A stretch of DNA of 64,000 nucleotides from Longimicrobiales bacterium (GTDB lineage: Bacteria; Gemmatimonadota; Gemmatimonadetes; Longimicrobiales; Gaopeijiaceae): assembly GCA_040216925.1 (NCBI GenBank), contig JAVJOF010000015.1:63836-127835 (forward strand), read 5' to 3'. Below the pieces are notes generated by a model, which had not been told where the DNA came from, ran no database searches, and saw only the letters and a list, made by a program, of their open reading frames with translations. The first letter of the stretch is position 1. Each line of letters starts with the position of its first letter. Below, in pieces: positions 25,305-32,076 of the stretch. The position numbers were made by a program, and so were the translations under genes.

Positions 25305-25613
25305 ATGTCCATCAACAAGATCGGATCCGACCTGGTCCGCTCCCTGATCTCCGACAAGAAGGTCGGAAGCCGGGAGAAGGGATCGGACGGCGAGATCGCC
25401 GAAGAACAACCGCGCGCTCCGCGCCAGGACCGGGTGGAGTTGTCGGCCGAGGGTCTGGCCAGAGTGGCGGAGCTCGCGGCGCGTGAGGAGACCAAGCTCG
25501 ACACCGCGCGTACGGACGAGATCCGCGCCCGGATCGACGGGAAGTTCTACGACGATCCTTCCGTGGTCGAGGCGGTGGCTCACCGTCTTCACGGCTCCGG
25601 AGACCTCGCGTAG
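25305..25613 (+). CDS. flgM: Anti-sigma-28 factor FlgM
   Basis: Small ORF with AAGGAG RBS. C-terminus DEIRARIDGKFYDDPSVVEAVAHRL resembles the FlgM sigma-binding helix region. Flagellar context. Confidence 0.75.
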   Translation: MSINKIGSDLVRSLISDKKVGSREKGSDGEIAEEQPRAPRQDRVELSAEGLARVAELAAREETKLDTARTDEIRARIDGKFYDDPSVVEAVAHRLHGSGDLA

Positions 25614-25656
25614 TCCCTCCCGATCCCGCGCCGACACCCAACCGTAGGAGTGCCCC

Positions 25657-26028
25657 ATGAAGTTCCTGGTCGTGGACGACTCCGCCACGATGCGCCGCAT
25701 CGTGGTGAATTCGCTCAAGAGAATCGGGTACGAGGAGTTCGTCGAAGCCGGTGACGGAGGCGAGGCGCTCGACGTCCTCGACGCTTCGGTGGACTTCGTC
25801 ATCACCGACTGGAACATGCCCCACATGGGCGGGCTCGACTTCGTGCGCGCCGTGCGGGCCCAGGCCGCCACGAAGACGCTCCCGATTCTCATGGTCACGA
25901 CCCGGAGCGTCCGGGAGGACATCGTCCAGGCCGCACAGGCCGGCGTGAACAACTACGTGGTCAAGCCGTTCACCCCGCAGGTCCTGAAAGAGAAGATCGA
26001 TCAGGTGCTCGGGGCCGGGGTCGTCTGA
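25657..26028 (+). CDS. cheY: Chemotaxis response regulator CheY
   Basis: Single receiver domain: KFLVVDDSATMRRI...FVITDWNMPHMGG...ILMVTT...NNYVVKPF. Confidence 0.9.
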   Translation: MKFLVVDDSATMRRIVVNSLKRIGYEEFVEAGDGGEALDVLDASVDFVITDWNMPHMGGLDFVRAVRAQAATKTLPILMVTTRSVREDIVQAAQAGVNNYVVKPFTPQVLKEKIDQVLGAGVV

Positions 26029-26759
26029 TGGCCACCGGCGAGCGGGTGCGCCGCGGGCAGGTGCTCAGCGACTCCGAGGCGACCCTCCGCCAGGTCCAGG
26101 ACGTGCTGGCGGACTTCGGCGGCCAGGAGCCCCTGAGCGCCGTGGACCGGGTCCTCTCGGATCTCGAGGAGCGGCCCACGGGGCTGCGCGAGCTCGTCCG
26201 GATCCTGGTCACGACGTATTCCGAGATCGTGGAGGTCATCGACAGCCTCCGGAAGAGCCGCGGGTTGCTCGAACAGGCCGCCATGCAGCGCCTCAAGAGC
26301 ACCCACGCCAGGCTGGCCGAGGTGTCCACCGCCACCGAGATGGCCGCCACGGGCATGCTCGACGGCCTGGATCGGGCCCTGGTCCTGGTGGACCATCTCG
26401 AGGCAGCCTCGCCCGACGACGACGGCAAGGACGGAGGCGCGCTTCGCGGAGAACTCCGCGACGAACTCCACCAGCTCATCGGACTGCTCCAGTTCCAGGA
26501 CATCACGTCGCAGCAGCTCGGATACGCGTCCGGCGTCCTGCAGGACATCGAGGAGCGCATGGTCCGCCTGTCCGAGGTCTTCGATCTCCGGGGCATGGGC
26601 ATCGAAGAGCTGATCGACGTGCCCGACCCCTCCGCGGAATCGGAGCCGGCCGCCGGCCCGACGGGCCCGTCGGACGGGAAGGTGGTCACGTGCGACCCCG
26701 GGGCGTCCACCATGAACGCCGACAGTCGACAGGCGCTGGCCGACTCGATCTTCCGGTAG
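26028..26759 (+). CDS. cheZ: CheZ-like CheY-P phosphatase (putative)
   Basis: LLQFQDITSQQL matches the CheZ catalytic FQDLTGQ motif, with Asp and Gln retained. The length (243 aa) fits. One-nt overlap with cheY (TGATG). Confidence 0.65.
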   Translation: MATGERVRRGQVLSDSEATLRQVQDVLADFGGQEPLSAVDRVLSDLEERPTGLRELVRILVTTYSEIVEVIDSLRKSRGLLEQAAMQRLKSTHARLAEVSTATEMAATGMLDGLDRALVLVDHLEAASPDDDGKDGGALRGELRDELHQLIGLLQFQDITSQQLGYASGVLQDIEERMVRLSEVFDLRGMGIEELIDVPDPSAESEPAAGPTGPSDGKVVTCDPGASTMNADSRQALADSIFR

Positions 26760-26768
26760 GGCGATCCC

Positions 26769-27746
26769 GTGTCTGCCGCGCCCCCCCTGCTCGCCACGGC
26801 GGAAGGCTTCGCCACCCGCGTCTCCCATGCCGTGCAGCAGCGCGTCGTGGGGCAGGACCGGGTCGTCGAGCGGCTGGTGGTGGCGCTCCTGGCCGGAGGA
26901 CACGTCCTGCTCGAAGGCGTTCCCGGTCTGGCCAAGACGCTGGTGGTCCGTTCCCTGGCCTCCGCGCTGGCCGTGGACTTCCGACGCATCCAGTTCACCC
27001 CGGACCTGCTGCCCTCCGATGTCGTGGGCACGGTGGTGTTCCGGCCCGACCGCGGCGACTTCGTGGCCTCGAAGGGGCCGGTCTTCGCCAACCTGGTGCT
27101 GGCCGACGAGTTGAACCGCGCCCCCGCCAAGGTCCAGAGCGCCCTCCTCGAGGCCATGGAGGAGGAGCAGGTGACCCTGGGGGGCCGCACGCTCGCGCTG
27201 CCGGACCCGTTCATGGTGCTGGCCACCGAGAACCCGGTCGAGCAGCAGGGTACCTACCCCCTGGCCGAGGCCCAGCTCGACCGCTTCATGATGATGCTCC
27301 GCGTGGGCTACCCCGGCGCGGACGACGAGCGCTCGATCCTGAGGGCCTCCCTCCGCCCGGCGCCGGCCCCGATCCCACGGGTGGCCACCGCGGACGACGT
27401 CCGGGCGGCCCGTGCCGACGTGGGCCGCGTCCTGGTGGACGACGCGCTGGTGGCCTACGTGACACGTCTGATCCGGGCCACCCGCGACCCCGCGTCCGTC
27501 GGACTCGGGGACCTGGAGCCCCTGCTCGAACTGGGCGCGTCGCCCCGGGCCGGCGTGGACCTCCTTGCCGCGGCCCGCGCCCTGGCCTGGGTCCGGGGCC
27601 GTGACTTCGCCGTGCCCGACGACGTGAAGGCCGTGGCCGTGGACGTGCTGGCCCACCGACTGATCCTGACCTACGAGGCCGCGGCCCGGGGAGTGGACGC
27701 GGGGGCGGTGGTCGACCGCGTCCTGGCGTCGGTCGCCCTGTCATGA
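26769..27746 (+). CDS. MoxR-family AAA+ ATPase
   Basis: VVGQDRVVERLVVALLAGGHVLLEGVPGLAKT (Walker A), LADELNRAPAKVQSALLEAMEE (Walker B/sensor). Confidence 0.9.
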   Translation: MSAAPPLLATAEGFATRVSHAVQQRVVGQDRVVERLVVALLAGGHVLLEGVPGLAKTLVVRSLASALAVDFRRIQFTPDLLPSDVVGTVVFRPDRGDFVASKGPVFANLVLADELNRAPAKVQSALLEAMEEEQVTLGGRTLALPDPFMVLATENPVEQQGTYPLAEAQLDRFMMMLRVGYPGADDERSILRASLRPAPAPIPRVATADDVRAARADVGRVLVDDALVAYVTRLIRATRDPASVGLGDLEPLLELGASPRAGVDLLAAARALAWVRGRDFAVPDDVKAVAVDVLAHRLILTYEAAARGVDAGAVVDRVLASVALS

Positions 27747-29620
27747 TCCGCCGGTTGCGTCGCCTGCTGGGTCGAGCGGCCCGGCGCGGCGGACCGGCCC
27801 CATCTCCCTCCCGGGAACGGCCCGGACTTCCCGAGGCCTCCGAACTGGCGCTGGAGTCGAGGCGGCTGGGCGCACGGGTCGGGGCCGGGTTCGCCCGCTC
27901 GCTGGTGCGTGGGAACGGACCCGAAGTCGACCGGATCCGGGGCTACCAGCATGGCGACGAGGCGCGGGCCGTGGACTGGAAGGTCACCGCGCGCCGGGGA
28001 GAGCTGCACGTGCGCGAGTCCCGGCAGGAGCGCGAGGCCGACGTGCTGATCGTGCTGGACCGGAGCCCGGACCTGTTCGCCGCGACCGACCGGCGGGCGG
28101 CCCGCGCCGCCCTCGTGGTGGCGGCCACCCTGGCCGAAGCGGCCGCCGCGCCGGGCTACCGGGTCGGGCTCGTGCAGACGGCCGCCGATGTCCACGTGGT
28201 CATGCCCGGGTCCGGGCGGCACCACGGGGCCCGCATCCGCGCGGCCCTCCTGGACCCGGCGCTGGCCGACGGCGCGCCGGTTCGGGGGTCGGCCCGGGCC
28301 CTCTTCGAGCACGCCGCCCGCGTGGTGCCCCGGCCTTCCACGGTCGTGATCGTGTCGTCGTTCCATCAGGTGGATCCCGACGCCGTGCGGAGCGCCCTGA
28401 TCCGTCTGGCCTCCGTCCACGACGTCGTGCCCGTGGTGGTGCGGACCCCGGGCGTGGACGACCTGCCCTCCGTCGGACGCGTCCGGGTGCGCGAGGCCGA
28501 CACGGGCGCCCTGACCGTGGTCGACACCTCGTCCGAAGCCGTGCGCGAAACGGTCCGTCGGCACCGCCTCGACGAGGCCGAGCGGCGCCGCGCGCTGTTC
28601 GCACCGGTGGGCCTGGAGCCCGTGTCGATCCACCCCCTGCACGACCTGGCGCCGCCGTTGCTGGCGCGGTGGGGCGGCCGGGGCGGTGGGGCGGCCGTCC
28701 GGGGTGCCGTGCGCCGGGTCGGGGCCGTGATCGCGGCCCTGGCGCTGTCCGCCACGCTCCCGGCGGTCGGCGTCCCGGCGCTGTCGGCCCAGGTGGCCTC
28801 CGGCCTGCGGGACGCTCCCGCGGGCTTCGTCCTCGAGACCGACACGGTGGTGCCCGACCCGGTGCGTGCCGGGCGGCCGGCGTTCCGGACGGTGGTGTTC
28901 TCCGTACCCGACGGGGTGCGGGTGACCTGGCCGCCCTCGGGACGGGGCGGAGACGCCGACGTCGTGGGGGTGCCGCGGGTGCACCGCGAGCCTGCCGGCG
29001 GCGGACGCGTGCGCTGGACCCTGGCCTATCCGGTCACGGCCTGGCGCGGCGTGGCGTCCACGGGAGCGCTGCCGCTCCGCCTCGATCCGGGAGGAGGGTG
29101 GACGCTGCCGCCCCGCTCCCTGGCCGTGGCCGACGAAGACCTCCCGGCCGACGCCGAACCGGCTCCGGCGCTCGCCGCGGTTCCGCCCCCCGACCAGGGG
29201 GCCCTGGCCGGTGTGGCCGTCGTGTCGTTGCTGGTGGGCCTGGCCTGCGCCGGGGCGTGGTGGCAGGGCGGGAGGCCCCTCGCGGCCCTGCCGGACCCCG
29301 TCGCCCGCCCGGCGTCGCCCGCCGAGGTCCGGGTCCTTCTCGAACAGGCGGCACGGGCCGCCGACGCCGGCGATCCCTCCTCCGTCCGCTACCTGGCCGA
29401 CGGGGTGCGGGGTGTCGCGGGTCTCGGTTCCGAGCCCGTGGGTCCCGCCACCTCCACCGAGGAGGTCCTGGCGCTCCTGGGCACGAGGCCGGTGCCGTTC
29501 GATGCGGTGGCCGGTGCGTTGCGTCACGCCGACGCCGTGCGGTACGGCGGACGCCGCCCCGACGTGGCGGGCACGGGGGTCCGCGCCCGCAGCCTCCTCG
29601 AGGCGTGGTCCGATGCTTGA
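27743..29620 (+). CDS. DUF58-domain protein with long membrane/periplasmic C-terminal extension
   Basis: IRGYQHGDEARAVDWKVTARRGELHVRE is the DUF58 signature. The C-terminal half has TM segments and a DUF4381-like tail. ATGA overlap with moxR. Confidence 0.8.
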   Translation: MIRRLRRLLGRAARRGGPAPSPSRERPGLPEASELALESRRLGARVGAGFARSLVRGNGPEVDRIRGYQHGDEARAVDWKVTARRGELHVRESRQEREADVLIVLDRSPDLFAATDRRAARAALVVAATLAEAAAAPGYRVGLVQTAADVHVVMPGSGRHHGARIRAALLDPALADGAPVRGSARALFEHAARVVPRPSTVVIVSSFHQVDPDAVRSALIRLASVHDVVPVVVRTPGVDDLPSVGRVRVREADTGALTVVDTSSEAVRETVRRHRLDEAERRRALFAPVGLEPVSIHPLHDLAPPLLARWGGRGGGAAVRGAVRRVGAVIAALALSATLPAVGVPALSAQVASGLRDAPAGFVLETDTVVPDPVRAGRPAFRTVVFSVPDGVRVTWPPSGRGGDADVVGVPRVHREPAGGGRVRWTLAYPVTAWRGVASTGALPLRLDPGGGWTLPPRSLAVADEDLPADAEPAPALAAVPPPDQGALAGVAVVSLLVGLACAGAWWQGGRPLAALPDPVARPASPAEVRVLLEQAARAADAGDPSSVRYLADGVRGVAGLGSEPVGPATSTEEVLALLGTRPVPFDAVAGALRHADAVRYGGRRPDVAGTGVRARSLLEAWSDA

Positions 29621-30503
29621 GCTCGCCCGTCCGGCCCTGCTCGGGGTCCTTCCCCTGGCCGCCGTGGTCCTGGCCGTGACCGGGCGCGGCGGGCCCCGGG
29701 GCGTGGCGGTGTCGCTGACCGGCGCCGCCGGCCGGTCCGCCGGGGTGGCCGGACCGGTTCTCCGGGCCGGCGTGCTGATCCTTCTGGCCCTGGCGATGGC
29801 GGGTCCGGTGGAGGTCACGCTCGTGCCGCCCCCTCCGGACGAGGGCGCCGCCGTGGTGGCGGTCCTCGACGTGTCCGAGTCGATGCGCACCGGGCTGCTC
29901 GACGGGGCGCCCCGCCTGGAAGCCGCGGTGGAGGAACTCCGCCGCTTCCTGGCCGGCCGGGACGGAGACCAGGTGGGCGTCGTGGCGTTCGCGGGCACCG
30001 TGACCACCCTCTCGCCCCCCGTGGGCGATCCGGGGCCGGCCCTGGCGGCCCTCGACCGGGTGGCGGGTGTGGACCTCGGCGACGGCACGGCCCTGGGCAC
30101 CGCCCTCGGCGTGGCGGCCAACCGGCTCCGGGCGGTGGACGCCCGGTCCCGCGTCCTGGTGATCCTGTCCGACGGCGAGCACAACGCCGGACCCATCGAC
30201 CCGGTCACGGCGGCACGGGCCGCCGCACTGCTCGGGGTGCGGGTCTACACGGTGGCCGTGGGAGGCGCCGCGTCGGTCCTGGCCCCCGTGGCCGAGGCCG
30301 GCGGCGGACGTGCCTTCGTCGTGGCCGACCGGGCCGGACTGGACGCCGCCTACCGGAGCATCGACGCGCTGGAGCCGTCGGCCTTCGCCCGCGCGCCCAC
30401 CCCGCTCCGGGTCCCGCGGCACGCCGGCCTGCTGTGGATGGCCCTGGCCCTTCTCGCGGTGGAGGCGGCCCTCCGCGCGTCTCCCCGGATGGTGATCCCG
30501 TGA
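29613..30503 (+). CDS. VWA-domain membrane protein (BatA-like)
   Basis: N-terminal TM helices. VWA MIDAS region AVLDVSESM...GVVAFAG...GTALG...ILSDGEHN. Confidence 0.8.
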   Translation: MLELARPALLGVLPLAAVVLAVTGRGGPRGVAVSLTGAAGRSAGVAGPVLRAGVLILLALAMAGPVEVTLVPPPPDEGAAVVAVLDVSESMRTGLLDGAPRLEAAVEELRRFLAGRDGDQVGVVAFAGTVTTLSPPVGDPGPALAALDRVAGVDLGDGTALGTALGVAANRLRAVDARSRVLVILSDGEHNAGPIDPVTAARAAALLGVRVYTVAVGGAASVLAPVAEAGGGRAFVVADRAGLDAAYRSIDALEPSAFARAPTPLRVPRHAGLLWMALALLAVEAALRASPRMVIP

Positions 30504-31420
30504 GTGCGTGGCTCGCGGCGGGAGCCGCCGGGGCCGCCGCCTGGTGGCTGGACGGGCGCCGTGTCCGGCGCATCCGGCGGCTCTCGGCCGCCCTCGGGCG
30601 CGAGGTGTCCGGCGCCGTACCGGCGGCTGGCGGCCGTTCCCGGTCGCTGCTCCTGGCCGGGGCGGTCGTCGCCCTCACCGCGGCGGCGGCGGCCCGGCCG
30701 CCGGTCGGCCCGGACGCCGGGACGCCCGTCGAGGACGTGGGGGAGCGCCCGGTCGTCGTGGCCGTGGACCTGTCACGGTCGATGCGCGTGGCCGACGTGG
30801 GCACCACCCGCATCGAGGCCGCGCGCCTGGTGGTCCACCGCCTGCTGGCCGAGATGCCGGCCCGCTCGGTGGCCCTGGTGGGCTTCGCCGGGACTGCCCA
30901 CGTGCTGGTGCCCCCCACCCGGGACCACACGCTCCTGCGCACCTGGGCCGACGCGCTCTACGAGGATGCCGCCACCGGCGGGGCCACCGATCTGGCCGCC
31001 GCCCTGGATACCGCGCTCACGCTCGACGCGTCGGCCGTGGTCCTGATCACCGACGGCGAGGACTTCGCCGCGGCCGGCAGCCCGGGCGAGGCCGCTGCCC
31101 GCGCCTCGGCCGCAGGCATGGCGGTGCACGCCGTGGTGGTGGGAACCGAGGCCGGGGGCGTCGTGCCGGACGGTGGGGGCGCCCGTTCCCGGGCCGACGC
31201 CCAGGGTCTGCGGGCGGTCGTGGGCGGCCTCGGGCAGGTCACGGACCCGGGTGCCGTGCGGCGGATCACCGCGCAGGTGGCACCGCCGTCCCTGCCTCCT
31301 GCCGGCCCGGGCCTGCCTCCGGCTCCGGCCGGGGCGGCGTGGGCGTTCCTGGCGGGCGCCGCGTTCCTGGTGCTGGTCGTCGAATCATGGCGAGGCCGCC
31401 GGGCGGAGGGTGTCGCATGA
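30500..31420 (+). CDS. VWA-domain membrane protein (BatB-like)
   Basis: VVAVDLSRSM...LVGFAGTAHVLVPPTRD...VLITDGEDF, plus a C-terminal TM helix. GTGA overlap. Confidence 0.8.
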   Translation: MSAWLAAGAAGAAAWWLDGRRVRRIRRLSAALGREVSGAVPAAGGRSRSLLLAGAVVALTAAAAARPPVGPDAGTPVEDVGERPVVVAVDLSRSMRVADVGTTRIEAARLVVHRLLAEMPARSVALVGFAGTAHVLVPPTRDHTLLRTWADALYEDAATGGATDLAAALDTALTLDASAVVLITDGEDFAAAGSPGEAAARASAAGMAVHAVVVGTEAGGVVPDGGGARSRADAQGLRAVVGGLGQVTDPGAVRRITAQVAPPSLPPAGPGLPPAPAGAAWAFLAGAAFLVLVVESWRGRRAEGVA

Positions 31421-32076
31421 CCCGCCGCCGGAGGGTCCTCGCGCTGGCGTGTCTCGCGGCCCTGGCGCTCCACGGGGCGGTCGTGGCGCAGTGGATGGCG
31501 CCCTCGAGCCGTGCCGCCCGGGCTCTCGCGGACGGCGACGGCCCGGCGGCGGTCCGGATCCTGCGCGCCGTGGACGCTGCGGAGCGCTCCCCCCTCGACC
31601 GCTACCACCTGGGCACGGCGCTCCTGTCGGTCGACGACCCTTCGGGCGCGGCCGACGAACTCGAGGCGGCCCTGGTCGGGGCGGTCGATCCCGGGCTCCG
31701 GCACCGCGTCGCGCACAACCTGGCGTTGGCGCATCTGCTCCTGGCGTCGCAGGCCGGCCCCGGCGAGGCAGCCGTGCAGGCCCTGGCCTCCGTGGCCGCC
31801 GGGCGCACGGCGCTGCGCCTGGATCCCGCCGACGAGGGCGCCCGCCGGAATCTGGCCCTGGCCACCCGGCGCCTCGGGGTGTCGGCCCCGGACCGGACGG
31901 ACGACGCCGACGAAGCGGTCGCCCGCCCGGAGTCCTCGGGGGCCGCCGGGGGCCCGCAGGGTGCCGGCTCCGGCACCATGACGGAGGACGAGGCGCGACG
32001 TCTCCTCGACGCCCTGGGCAGCGCCGAGGGCGTGCGGATCCGGCTGCCGCTGACCGGACAGGGGAGGGGCCGATGA
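31417..32076 (+). CDS. TPR-repeat protein (BatC-like)
   Basis: Signal/TM N-terminus followed by TPR-like helices (YHLGTALLSVDDPSGAADELEAAL...). Position in the Bat operon. Confidence 0.65.
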   Translation: MTRRRRVLALACLAALALHGAVVAQWMAPSSRAARALADGDGPAAVRILRAVDAAERSPLDRYHLGTALLSVDDPSGAADELEAALVGAVDPGLRHRVAHNLALAHLLLASQAGPGEAAVQALASVAAGRTALRLDPADEGARRNLALATRRLGVSAPDRTDDADEAVARPESSGAAGGPQGAGSGTMTEDEARRLLDALGSAEGVRIRLPLTGQGRGR

